From: Candidatus Tayloriibacteriota bacterium
Lineage (GTDB): Bacteria; Patescibacteriota; Minisyncoccia; Phycocordibacterales; PALSA-1337
Assembly (NCBI GenBank): GCA_031384385.1
Contig: JANNAN010000007.1
Location: 10,236-74,235 of the forward strand
Direction of reading: 5' to 3'
DNA: 64,000 nucleotides
Shown here piece after piece: positions 20,505 to 30,129 of the stretch (positions within the stretch are counted from its first letter, which is position 1; each line of letters opens with the position of its first letter). The translations under genes were made by a program, and so were the position numbers. The notes below the pieces were generated by a model, which was not told the origin of the DNA, did no database searches, and saw only the letters and a program-made list of their open reading frames with translations.

Positions 20505-21602
20505 ATGGAGAAATATAACCCAATTAATACTGGAGAAAATGTTCAAGAGCCCATATTGATAGATAAGAATGGACAAACCCAAGATAAAAATAAAGATTTA
20601 AATAGAAATATTATTTTGTATGAGAAAACTCAAAATCAGCTTTCATTAATTAATAGCAAATTATCTAAAGAAAATATTACAGATATTGATCGCATTACTC
20701 TATTACAAGAAAGGGAATATAAAATTAAGCAAAGAAATTATCTTGGCCCACATATTGGAATACCAGATAGAGATTCTTGGAAAGATAAAGACCCTTTTGT
20801 TTTTAGAGAGGATAATATATTCTCACTTAAAAAAATATTAGAATACTGGCATGAATATTCACCCGATTATATTTTTTTAACAGAAACAAGTGCTGTACCT
20901 TATGGATATGCAATTAAAGAAGCATGGAAGAATGCATATCCCAGTGAAAAAATACCGATATTTTATCGAATAGAATCTTGGACAGAACAAGATCATATTG
21001 TAGAAATTGACCATGAAAATGAAAGTATAGATGGTCTTATTAGATATGCCCAAAAAGACAATTTAGATTTACCAATTTTAAAACAAATGAAAATCGGTGT
21101 AAAAAAATATATTGATAATAGAATTATTATTCAAAATCCTAAAATAATTATTTTTGATCAATATGATAAAATGATGAGACCGACAAGAATTAGACCAGGT
21201 GAAAACACTGGTGGTAGAACAATATCAGGATTAAGTAAAGAGTTACAAAAAAGATTTCCAGGTGCAGATATATATAGTGCTGGGGTAAATCTTGATTCTG
21301 AATATAAAAATAGGAAAATGGACTTTGGACGTGGAGGTATCATTAAAAAAAATCACCCCCGTGTTACGTTAAAAAGAAATGCAGATCAGAGTAGGGATCC
21401 AGATATAAACGAAAATTTAGTAGACCCATTATCATTAAGGTCTAGAGAAGAAATAGTCAGTGATATATTAGAGAAAGGATATAGGCCAGTCGGGAGATTG
21501 ATTAAAGATCCAGAGAGAAGAAAGGAGGCTTTAAAATATATAGATGAATTAAAGGAGTTGGGTATGATTGCTGGAAAAGAATTTAGAGATGGAAATAAAT
21601 AA
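20505..21602 (+). CDS. Hypothetical protein (365 aa)
   Basis: A long ORF with no recognisable family. It immediately follows DinD-like paralog 2. Confidence 0.5.
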   Translation: MEKYNPINTGENVQEPILIDKNGQTQDKNKDLNRNIILYEKTQNQLSLINSKLSKENITDIDRITLLQEREYKIKQRNYLGPHIGIPDRDSWKDKDPFVFREDNIFSLKKILEYWHEYSPDYIFLTETSAVPYGYAIKEAWKNAYPSEKIPIFYRIESWTEQDHIVEIDHENESIDGLIRYAQKDNLDLPILKQMKIGVKKYIDNRIIIQNPKIIIFDQYDKMMRPTRIRPGENTGGRTISGLSKELQKRFPGADIYSAGVNLDSEYKNRKMDFGRGGIIKKNHPRVTLKRNADQSRDPDINENLVDPLSLRSREEIVSDILEKGYRPVGRLIKDPERRKEALKYIDELKELGMIAGKEFRDGNK

Positions 21603-21635
21603 AAAACCCGTCTTTCGACGAGTCTTTTATTTTCT

Positions 21636-23429
21636 TTATGCTATATCCTTTCTTCTATTCTTTGCTCTATCTGTATCTGTCAAAAACTTCTTACGCAATC
21701 TAACATTCTTTGGGGTAATTTCTAGATATTCATCTTCACGCATTGTTTCCAATCCTTTTTCTACATCAAGAGTCCAAGCTGGTGTTAGCATAATATGCTC
21801 GTCGTTTCCTGAAGAACGCATATTTGACATTGCCTTACCTTTACATGGATTTACATCCATATCATCACCCTTTGATGTATCACCAACAACCATTCCTTCA
21901 TAAACTTCTGTTGTTGGCTCAATAAATACACGTCCTCTTTCTTGTAGATTCCAAAGTGCGAATGCCAAAGCCTTTCCAGTCATCATAGATGTCATTGATC
22001 CTGTTGTATGCTTTTCAATTTCACCAGCATATGGTTTGAAATCAATAAAACGACTAGCTAGAATTCCATTTCCTTTTGTATCAATAACGAAAGCACCTCT
22101 ATAGCCTAGAAGACCTCGAGTTGGAATTTCGAAAATCATTCTACTGATACCTTCTTTTGTCTTCATATCTGTCATCATTGCCTTTCTTTTTCCAAGCTTT
22201 TCGATAATTGCTCCAGTAAATTCATCTGGAGTATCAATTGTAAGCTCTTCGAAAGGTTCACTTTTTATACCATCAATATTTTTAACAATAACTTGAGGTT
22301 GTGATACTTGTAATTCATATCCTTCTCGTCTCATATTTTCTAGAAGAACAGCAATGTGTAATTCTCCACGACCGTATACTGTATAAAATTCATTTGCATT
22401 AAAATTTACTTTCAATCCAACATTTATCTCTAATTCCTTCTCAAGTCTTTCGCGGATTTGACGACCAGTTACAAATTTACCTTCACGACCTGCGAATGGT
22501 GAACTATTTACATAGAAATTTAGAGAAATTGTAGGTTCATCAATTTTAATTGCTGGAAGAGCTGGAGTATCTGCATTATCTGTAAGTGTTTCTCCAATAT
22601 AAATTTCAGGAAAACCTGCGATAGTAACAATATCACCAGCAGTTGCTTCTTGGATTTCGACTCTTTTCTTTCCTTCAAATGTAAAAAGTTTAGTTACTTT
22701 TCCAGAATTTACAGTTCCATCTATTTTCTTTTCAAAAACGATTTGACCAGTTTTAATTGTTCCGTCATAAATACGTCCAATAGCCAAACGACCTAAAAAA
22801 TTATCATAACCAAGGTTGAATGTTTGTACTGTTAATGCGGCTGTAGCACTATGATCTTTATTTGCTGGTGGAACATGTTCAAGAATCATATCAAGAAGTG
22901 GTGTAAGATCTTTTCTTTCATCGTCTAATTTTTTCATAGCAACTCCTTGGCGTCCGATAGCATAAATAGTAGGGAAATCTAGCTGAGCATCATTTGCACC
23001 TAATTCCATAAATAGCTCGAGAACCATTTCATGACAATGATTTGCATCTGCTGCTGGTTTATCTATTTTATTTATAATTACAATTGGCTTTAGACCAAGT
23101 TCAAGAGATTTTTTTAATACGAAACGAGTTTGTGGCATTGGACCTTCTTGGGCATCAACAACAAGTAAAACTGTATCAATAGATCGTAGAACACGCTCTA
23201 CTTCAGAACCGAAGTCTGCGTGACCTGGTGTATCAACAATGTTGATTTTTGTACCCTTGTATTCAATAGAAGTATTCTTTGCATAAATAGTAATACCACG
23301 CTCTTGTTCAAGAGCATTTGAGTCCATTGTTCCATCATCTCCATGACCACATTGAGTCATGATGGCATCTGTTAAGGTTGTTTTTCCATGGTCCACATGG
23401 GCGATAATTGCGATGTTTCTTATATCCAT
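21636..23429 (-). CDS. typA: Translational GTPase TypA/BipA
   Basis: N-terminal G domain [13 protein letters not shown] and DTPGHADF. The 597-aa length and EF-G-like domain order are typical of TypA. Confidence 0.9.
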   Translation of the reverse strand: MDIRNIAIIAHVDHGKTTLTDAIMTQCGHGDDGTMDSNALEQERGITIYAKNTSIEYKGTKINIVDTPGHADFGSEVERVLRSIDTVLLVVDAQEGPMPQTRFVLKKSLELGLKPIVIINKIDKPAADANHCHEMVLELFMELGANDAQLDFPTIYAIGRQGVAMKKLDDERKDLTPLLDMILEHVPPANKDHSATAALTVQTFNLGYDNFLGRLAIGRIYDGTIKTGQIVFEKKIDGTVNSGKVTKLFTFEGKKRVEIQEATAGDIVTIAGFPEIYIGETLTDNADTPALPAIKIDEPTISLNFYVNSSPFAGREGKFVTGRQIRERLEKELEINVGLKVNFNANEFYTVYGRGELHIAVLLENMRREGYELQVSQPQVIVKNIDGIKSEPFEELTIDTPDEFTGAIIEKLGKRKAMMTDMKTKEGISRMIFEIPTRGLLGYRGAFVIDTKGNGILASRFIDFKPYAGEIEKHTTGSMTSMMTGKALAFALWNLQERGRVFIEPTTEVYEGMVVGDTSKGDDMDVNPCKGKAMSNMRSSGNDEHIMLTPAWTLDVEKGLETMREDEYLEITPKNVRLRKKFLTDTDRAKNRRKDIA

Positions 23430-23511
23430 AAAAATACCCGTACACGGGCGATTAAGTTGAATGTCAATTAAAGCACGGAAATATATTAAAAGTCAAATAT
23501 AAAATTTGTAT

Positions 23512-23551
23512 AAAAAAGCGGCCGGACATCCATTTGGATGCCGGCACGCGT
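23512..23551 (-). terminator. Rho-independent terminator of the 23571-24185 gene (GC hairpin GCCGGCATCC/GGATGTCCGGC followed by a T6 tract on the minus strand)
   Basis: The reverse complement reads GCCGGCATCCAAATGGATGTCCGGCCGCTTTTTTATA. Confidence 0.6.
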
Positions 23552-23570
23552 TTGTGAGTTTTGCTGAGTA

Positions 23571-24185
23571 TCAAGCCATGCTGGCGAGAATCCCCGGATC
23601 AAACTTTTGTCCAGTGATATTTTTCATGTGAGTTGCAACTTCAAGAGCAATCACGTCCAGTGGAGCATCTCCATCAATGTGTCTGATGGTGACTCCGACA
23701 TTGCTTGCCGCCCTGATTATGGATGAGAGATGATGGCGATGCAATTCAAAACGCTCATTAAACCATGCTTCATCATTTCTTGGCCCGTCAATTTGGGCCT
23801 TTGTTCTGTGAAAGTGCCGATTTTGGCACGTGGATCTTGATGCATTGAGAATGCAAAACGTATCACCATCACCAATGTGTCCATTTCCATTGAGGGCTAT
23901 GATTTGATTTGCTGTCCTACAGATACCATCCATGGCAGCAATTTCACCTTGGATACCGCTGATCAAATGTCCGCTGTGTGGAATCACAACCACGTCAGGC
24001 AATAAGTTGCCAGCATCCATGGTCGGTCCATATTTAGTGTCGAAGTCGAGACTTTTTTTCCGTAAATCGCGGAGATATTCCCCAAGGACGATAGTGGGCA
24101 CTTGTGGAAATGCCGCACGAAGACGTTTAATTGTGAATCCTTTTCCGACTGATACCGCACCGATAAGAACGAGTTTTCTTGCCAT
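23571..24185 (-). CDS. Divergent adenylate-kinase-family (NMP kinase-like) P-loop protein. GC-rich, probably horizontally acquired.
   Basis: P-loop LIGAVSVGKG. Collinear with Adk (GKGTQA...DMLRAAV...DAGKLV vs VGKGFTIKRL...GEYLRDL...DAGNLL) including the C-terminal segment. GC is well above the genome background. Confidence 0.5.
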   Translation of the reverse strand: MARKLVLIGAVSVGKGFTIKRLRAAFPQVPTIVLGEYLRDLRKKSLDFDTKYGPTMDAGNLLPDVVVIPHSGHLISGIQGEIAAMDGICRTANQIIALNGNGHIGDGDTFCILNASRSTCQNRHFHRTKAQIDGPRNDEAWFNERFELHRHHLSSIIRAASNVGVTIRHIDGDAPLDVIALEVATHMKNITGQKFDPGILASMA

Positions 24186-24337
24186 AATTTTAATTTAGTC
24201 TACTAACGTTGTTGTTTACCGTGGGTTGTTCAAAAAGTCCTCATTTCCTCAATGAGAAGAACAGCGACTTAAAATGATACCATAAAAAATAGAAATAGCA
24301 AGTTTATTGTTTAAGCCATTATTTACTTAAATTATCC

Positions 24338-24367
24338 ACATCTTTATCATTTCTTTATTCCGTCTAC
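24338..24367 (+). promoter_or_regulatory. Copy B of the conserved 27-nt motif, 84 nt upstream of the pilB start codon
   Basis: ACATCTTTATCATTTCTTTATTCCGTCT. A TATAAT-like box lies downstream at 24388-24393. Confidence 0.5.
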
Positions 24368-24424
24368 AGCGTTTCTTTATTCTATCTTTATAATTTCTTC
24401 ATAACTTTTTGATAGATTATCTAT

Positions 24425-25555
24425 ATGTCAGAAAATAAATATCAAATAAATTTAAATGAAAAAATATTACATGATATTCAATCAATAATTGAATTAGTAG
24501 ATTCTATTATTTATCATGCCTATAATCGTAATGCCTCGGATATTCATATGGATCCAACTCCAGAGGGAATTGTAGTCAGATTTAGAATTGATGGTGTTCT
24601 TCTGTATATAGATACATTAAAAAAAGAATATCACGAAGAATTAATAGCTAGAATAAAAGTTTTGGCGAGTTTGAGAACCGATATTCATTTTGTACCACAA
24701 GATGGTCGTTTTAAATTTAATTATGGGAACTGTAATTGTGATATTAGGGTTTCAATTATTCCAACACACTATGGTGAAAATGCAGTTTTAAGAATTTTAA
24801 AAAATGACAATAATATTTCAACTTTATTAAATTTAGGCTTTTCAAACATTGATTGCGAACGAATCACAAATGCATTATCGAATCATCAGGGAATGATTTT
24901 GATTACAGGCCCAACTGGTTCTGGTAAAACTTCTACTCTCTATGCTCTGATTTCTATGCTTTCAACAAAAAATAATTCAATAATAACTCTGGAAGACCCT
25001 ATAGAGTATACAATTCAAGGTGTCAGACAAATTCAAATTCATTCAAAACACGGTATTACTTTTGCGAACGGTCTTCGTTCAATAGTAAGACAAGATCCAG
25101 ATATTATCATGTTAGGTGAAATTCGTGATTCTGAAACAGCACAAGTTGCTACAAATATTTCATTAACAGGCCATTTACTTTTATCAACAATTCATACAAA
25201 TTCTGCGCTCGGAGTTATTCCAAGACTTATGGATATGAAAGTCGATTCATATTTAGTGTCTTCAACTCTTTCTTTGATAATAGCACAAAGACTTGTTCGT
25301 ACTCTATGTCAAATTTGTAAAGGTGATGGCTGTAATATGTGTGGAAATTTGGGATATAAAGGTCGAACAGTTATTGCTGAAGTTATTGTTATTGATGATG
25401 AATTAAGAAAATATATAATGTCACACATTTCAATTTCTGAAATTTCTAGGTATGTAAGAAGTAAAGGTATGTTAAGTATGTATGAAGATGGAATAGAAAA
25501 AGTAGAAAAAGGTATTACAACAAAAGAAGAGATTTTAAGGGTAATTCAAAATTAA
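24425..25555 (+). CDS. pilB: Type IV pilus assembly ATPase (GspE/PilB family, short form lacking the N-terminal domain)
   Basis: Walker A GPTGSGKTST, Walker B/Asp box and His box, and a C-terminal tetracysteine zinc motif (CQICKGDGCNMCG). Confidence 0.85.
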   Translation: MSENKYQINLNEKILHDIQSIIELVDSIIYHAYNRNASDIHMDPTPEGIVVRFRIDGVLLYIDTLKKEYHEELIARIKVLASLRTDIHFVPQDGRFKFNYGNCNCDIRVSIIPTHYGENAVLRILKNDNNISTLLNLGFSNIDCERITNALSNHQGMILITGPTGSGKTSTLYALISMLSTKNNSIITLEDPIEYTIQGVRQIQIHSKHGITFANGLRSIVRQDPDIIMLGEIRDSETAQVATNISLTGHLLLSTIHTNSALGVIPRLMDMKVDSYLVSSTLSLIIAQRLVRTLCQICKGDGCNMCGNLGYKGRTVIAEVIVIDDELRKYIMSHISISEISRYVRSKGMLSMYEDGIEKVEKGITTKEEILRVIQN

Positions 25556-25564
25556 TTTTAAAAT

Positions 25565-26623
25565 ATGAATATAAAATCTAGATTTTCAATTTCAGATCAA
25601 ATTTTCTTTGCTCAAAAACTCTCTTTGCTTTTGAATTCAAATATTTCTCTAGCTGAATCATTAAATATTATTAAATCAATCGACAATTCAAATAATCATA
25701 AAAATTTTTATGAGAAATTGATAAATGATGGCGAGCATGGAATTTCATTATCAAAAAGTATTGTTGATTCAAAGGTTAAATTTGATTCGCTTTTAATTGT
25801 TCTTATAAAAAATGGAGAATATTCAGGCTCTCTCGTTGATTCATTGAATCAAGTTGCTAATAATTTAGATAAAAGAAATGAATTAAATAAAAAATTAATT
25901 AGTACATTAATTTATCCATTATTTATTTTGTTCGCTACCATTGGCATGGCTTTGTTTCTTATTCTTTATATTTTTCCAAAGATTTTACCGTTACTTAGTA
26001 GTTTGAATATTAAACTACCATTGATAACTATTATTATTAAATTTATTTATGAATTTTCAATTTCCTATGGATTATATACATGTTTGATTCTTGTGCTCTC
26101 ATTTATTTGTATAGTTTTTTTAATTAAAAAAAATAAATATATAAAAAATAGATTTCACTATATTTTATTAAAAATTCCAATGTTGGGTTTATATATCAAA
26201 ATAAATACTTTAGCCACAATCTCGGGTACTGGAGAAATTATCTTATCTTCTGGTAGATCATTGAGTGAATTCCATGCTTTTTCTAGAGATTCTGTTAATA
26301 ATTTAATTTTCAAAAATACCTTTGAATCAATTTATTATCAATCAATTCAAGGAATTTCTTTTACAAATTCAATGAAATTATATCCAGATATTTTTGTAAA
26401 GATGATGGTTGATATGTGTGCAATTGGTGAAAAAACAGGTAATTTAGCATTGATGCTTGGTCACTGCTCTAAAATATTTGAACAAGATATTGATTTATTT
26501 TTGAAAAGATTCTCATCCTTAATTGAACCAGTTTTAATGATATTTATGGGTTTAATCGTTGGTTCAATTGCTTTATCAATAATTTTGCCAGTATATGAAA
26601 TCACGAATCATCTTAGTAAATAA
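25565..26623 (+). CDS. pilC: Type IV pilus platform protein (GspF/PilC family)
   Basis: A polytopic membrane protein with T2SS-F-type repeats (FFAQKLSLLLNSNISLAESLNII). Confidence 0.85.
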   Translation: MNIKSRFSISDQIFFAQKLSLLLNSNISLAESLNIIKSIDNSNNHKNFYEKLINDGEHGISLSKSIVDSKVKFDSLLIVLIKNGEYSGSLVDSLNQVANNLDKRNELNKKLISTLIYPLFILFATIGMALFLILYIFPKILPLLSSLNIKLPLITIIIKFIYEFSISYGLYTCLILVLSFICIVFLIKKNKYIKNRFHYILLKIPMLGLYIKINTLATISGTGEIILSSGRSLSEFHAFSRDSVNNLIFKNTFESIYYQSIQGISFTNSMKLYPDIFVKMMVDMCAIGEKTGNLALMLGHCSKIFEQDIDLFLKRFSSLIEPVLMIFMGLIVGSIALSIILPVYEITNHLSK

Positions 26624-27926
26624 TAAAATAAAGACTGATATGTTTGGTTTTATGATGATTGAAATTATTTTAGCTTTTTCTTTATTTTCACTTTTTACAA
26701 TTTCATATTTTACTTTAAATTTATCAATGCAATCTTTAAAAATTTGGTCTATAAAAGAATTGAATCTTTTAAAAAATTCGGTTTTTCAATTAGATAATTT
26801 TATTAAAAATGAAAATATTAATAAAAACTTTAATCAAATAAATTATGGAAATTATTCAAAATTAATTAATTTAAATGATTTAAGTATTGTAAAATCAAAT
26901 TTCGTAGATTCTTGGGGAAGTTCAAATTGTTTATCTAGAATAAATTTTGATTTATCAAAAATACAATATTATTCAAATGGGGTATTTTTAGGAACAGGGA
27001 ATATTAGTACAAATATCGAAGTCAGAAATTCTGTTATTTATTTAACAACTGATTCAAATGTACAATCTCAGTCAGACTTTTTTATTATTGATTCAACTGA
27101 TTTTATAAGTCCAATTATTATTTCTTCATTAAATACTGGTCCCGGTTTGTCGTCGATTGCTGTTGCTGGGCCATATGTCTATGCTGCTAATACAGGTTCA
27201 ATCTCACAATTACAAATTATTGATATTCATGATCGTAAAAACCCCTTTTTAATTTCTCAATTAAAAGTTCCATTTCCTGAAGCTTCCTCAACACCACCAA
27301 AAGCAAATTCTATTTTTTATAAAGATTCTTTTATTTATTTAGGGACTAGTAAGTGGGACGGACCAGAATTTTATATTATTGATATTTCAAATCCTATGAT
27401 ACCAAAGATAGTAGGAAATTTTGAAACTAATACATTAATTAATGATATTTATATTTATGAAAATATCGCATATTTAGCAACTTCAGATAATTTACAAATG
27501 CGTATTTTGGATATTTCAAATAAAAGTCAACCTATTCTTACGGATTCTTTCTCACCATCAGGATGGCAAACTCAAGGTGGCAAGGCTATTGATTTTTTTG
27601 AGGGGAAATTAGCACTAGGAAGAACTGTTGGTGGATTCAATAATATTTCGAATCATGAAGGTTTTATTTTTTCTACATCTACTAATTTAAATAATTTTAT
27701 CTCACATGATATTTTGGGTGGCATTTATGATTTTTTAATACGGTCATCTCATATTTTTCTGGCTACGCATAGTCCATCAGCTGAATTTCAAATATGGGAT
27801 TCTACTTTTTCAACAAAAATTTTTGAGAAAAAACTTGGATTTCAACCTCTAAGTTTTTCTTGTGATTGGTCTAATATATTCTTTACTACTGGAAATGATA
27901 TGGGTTTTGCTATTTTAAAATTATGA
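26595..27926 (+). CDS. Prepilin-like protein with LVIVD-type beta-propeller repeats (candidate pilus tip or adhesin subunit)
   Basis: N-terminal class-III signal-like segment MFG|FMMIEIILA. Repeated Y.YAAN...L.I.DI.....P motifs (YVYAANTGSISQLQIIDIHDRKNP; FIYLGTSKWDGPEFYIIDISNPMIP; IAYLATSDNLQMRILDISNKSQP) match LVIVD repeats. The true start may be the ATG at 26640. Confidence 0.55.
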   Translation: MKSRIILVNNKIKTDMFGFMMIEIILAFSLFSLFTISYFTLNLSMQSLKIWSIKELNLLKNSVFQLDNFIKNENINKNFNQINYGNYSKLINLNDLSIVKSNFVDSWGSSNCLSRINFDLSKIQYYSNGVFLGTGNISTNIEVRNSVIYLTTDSNVQSQSDFFIIDSTDFISPIIISSLNTGPGLSSIAVAGPYVYAANTGSISQLQIIDIHDRKNPFLISQLKVPFPEASSTPPKANSIFYKDSFIYLGTSKWDGPEFYIIDISNPMIPKIVGNFETNTLINDIYIYENIAYLATSDNLQMRILDISNKSQPILTDSFSPSGWQTQGGKAIDFFEGKLALGRTVGGFNNISNHEGFIFSTSTNLNNFISHDILGGIYDFLIRSSHIFLATHSPSAEFQIWDSTFSTKIFEKKLGFQPLSFSCDWSNIFFTTGNDMGFAILKL

Positions 27927-28105
27927 ATAAAATAAATTTAAATCTTGGTTTTTCATTAATCGAAATAATACTGTATGTATCACTTTTATCGTTAATGATG
28001 CTGGGCATTTTTTCTACACTTATATCATCTATTCAATTAAAAAATTTAGCAAAAACTATTTCAGATGAGGATTATAAATTATTAGTATCTAATTTTCATG
28101 AATAA
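27923..28105 (+). CDS. Minor (pseudo)pilin, 60 aa
   Basis: Prepilin N-terminus LG|FSLIEIILYV. Confidence 0.55.
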   Translation: MNKINLNLGFSLIEIILYVSLLSLMMLGIFSTLISSIQLKNLAKTISDEDYKLLVSNFHE

Positions 28106-28490
28106 AAAGATAATCAAAAAGAAAAAGGGTTTTGCTGCTTTTATTCTAATCATTTATATATCAACATTGATGCTTGTTTTTTCTTTTATGCAAGGAATTG
28201 AAATTGGACATTTTTTTGATCAGGTCAAAATAAAGCAATATAGATTAATGAATTATTACTTTGCATATTCTTGTATCGATCAGGCTATTCTTGCTTTGTC
28301 GCGTGATTATTTTCTTAATCTTAAAAAAGAAATTGAATTTTCTGATTTAAACTGCTCAATTGATTCAATTTCTAGTACAAATGAACAAAAAATGATTAAG
28401 GTTCATGGGAAATATAAAAATATTAATGTCTACCGCGTTGCAAACATTAAGCTTTTTGAGGACCACCTTGAAATTATTTCAATAGAATGA
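28098..28490 (+). CDS. Pseudopilin-like protein, 130 aa
   Basis: KKKG|FAAFILIIY N-terminal hydrophobic segment after a basic leader. Overlaps the previous gene. Confidence 0.5.
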   Translation: MNKKIIKKKKGFAAFILIIYISTLMLVFSFMQGIEIGHFFDQVKIKQYRLMNYYFAYSCIDQAILALSRDYFLNLKKEIEFSDLNCSIDSISSTNEQKMIKVHGKYKNINVYRVANIKLFEDHLEIISIE

Positions 28491-28496
28491 TGTATT

Positions 28497-28518
28497 TAAA
28501 ATCTCTATCATTTCTTTA
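28497..28518 (+). promoter_or_regulatory. Copy C of the conserved motif (degenerate), 84 nt upstream of the major pilin start codon
   Basis: TAAAATCTCTATCATTTCTTTA followed by further TTTCTTTAT-like repeats. Confidence 0.45.
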
Positions 28519-28585
28519 GAATTTCTTTATCAGATCTTTATCTCATTTGTGTAAGATTAAATTATTATAAATTTAATATTTAAAT

Positions 28586-29086
28586 ATGATTTTTAAAAAA
28601 ATAAACATAAAACCAAGAAGAAAAAAGGGATCTAAAAAAGGTGGTTTTACATTGATAGAAATTTTGGTAGTTATTGGGATTATTGCGGTTTTAGCAGCGG
28701 TAGTTCTTGTCGCAATAAACCCAGCAAGACAATTTAAACTAGCGCGTGATTCTCAAAGAGTAAGTAATATAACAGCCATTTTGAATGCAATTGGGCAAAA
28801 TATTGCAGAACATAAAGGACTTTTAAATTGTGGGAGTTCAACACCAAATATTAATGCATCTTCAACACTAATGACAAATGCTGTTGAATTAAATGGAATT
28901 GATATTTCTCGTTGCATTGTACCAAATTATATTTCTTCATTACCATTTGATCCAAGTAAAAATAATGCTTATATTCATGATGATGGAAAATATAATACAG
29001 GATATTATATTTCTCAGGATTCAAATGGACGCATTACTATTTCAGCCGATGGTGAAATTAATAATCCAATTAGTATAAATCGTTAA
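28586..29086 (+). CDS. Type IV major pilin (prepilin with a basic leader)
   Basis: Leader ...KKGG|FTLIEILVVIGIIAVLAAVV is the canonical N-methylation site with Glu+5. Confidence 0.75.
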   Translation: MIFKKINIKPRRKKGSKKGGFTLIEILVVIGIIAVLAAVVLVAINPARQFKLARDSQRVSNITAILNAIGQNIAEHKGLLNCGSSTPNINASSTLMTNAVELNGIDISRCIVPNYISSLPFDPSKNNAYIHDDGKYNTGYYISQDSNGRITISADGEINNPISINR

Positions 29087-29115
29087 TTTCTTGTACATGT
29101 TATAATTAGTATTCA

Positions 29116-30084
29116 ATGAATACCCACAAGAATTTATACTTCCTTACATTATTCTGTATCATTATTCTTCTTGGAATGATAATTGTTAAGGGGTATATAA
29201 ATAATATGAAAATCGATCATAATGATTATTTTCAAAGTATTAAAAAAATACTGATTACTGATAAGATTGATGACTCTATTCTTTTTCCAGAAAATAAATC
29301 ACAAAAAGTTAAAATTCCTGTTCTTAAACCAATAATAGATCCAAATATAATTAGTGCAGAATCCTATTTGATTGGTAATTTAGAAAATGGCAAAATATAT
29401 TTAGATTATAATTATGATAAAGTCTTTCCGATTGCTTCACTTAGTAAACTTTTTACAGCGATTGTTTCTATTCACGATATGGATCAAACTAAGAAAGTTA
29501 TTATTACTCAGGAATCTCTGGATACTTTTGGTGATGCTGGCAATCTTATTAAAGATGAGAAATTTACACCAAGTGAATTATTGTATCCATTGCTTTTAGA
29601 ATCAAGTAATGATGCTGCAGATGCTCTAGCTAGATCTTTTGATTATGATAAATTTATTAAAAAAATGAATGATTATACAATTGAATTAGGAATGAATTCT
29701 ACATCATTTAAAGATGCATCTGGATTGAGTTCTTCTAATACTTCAAATTCTAAAGATTTGTTCATATTATCTAAATATCTCTATAATAATGAAAAAGATT
29801 TATTAGATATTACAAAACAAAAAGAAGTCGAATTTGCTACGACCACAGATCATAAATATCATCATTTCTTTTCAATAAATCCATTTATATTCTACAAGCC
29901 ATTTATTGGCGGGAAAACTGGTAGAACCTTTGAAGCTCAAGAAAGTATGATTACTTTATTAAATTACAAAGTTGGCACAACGACCTATCCTATTTCTATT
30001 ATTGTTTTAAGATCAAAATATAGTGAAAGAGAAACAGATACAGAGAAGATTTTAGAATTATTTGAAAAAAAGATTAATAATTAA
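29116..30084 (+). CDS. D-alanyl-D-alanine carboxypeptidase (serine peptidase S11, PBP5-like)
   Basis: SxxK (ASLSK), SxN (SSNDAA) and KTG (GGKTGRT) motifs, with an N-terminal TM anchor. Confidence 0.8.
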   Translation: MNTHKNLYFLTLFCIIILLGMIIVKGYINNMKIDHNDYFQSIKKILITDKIDDSILFPENKSQKVKIPVLKPIIDPNIISAESYLIGNLENGKIYLDYNYDKVFPIASLSKLFTAIVSIHDMDQTKKVIITQESLDTFGDAGNLIKDEKFTPSELLYPLLLESSNDAADALARSFDYDKFIKKMNDYTIELGMNSTSFKDASGLSSSNTSNSKDLFILSKYLYNNEKDLLDITKQKEVEFATTTDHKYHHFFSINPFIFYKPFIGGKTGRTFEAQESMITLLNYKVGTTTYPISIIVLRSKYSERETDTEKILELFEKKINN

Positions 30085-30129
30085 ATAAAAGAAAAACTAG
30101 TCTGTATATTTTGCATATAATATTATTTT

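Noticed and set aside
21603-21640. Short hairpin CGTC-TTTC-GACG after the 20505-21602 gene
   Set aside because: Only a 4-bp stem. Too weak to call as a terminator, though it sits between convergent genes.
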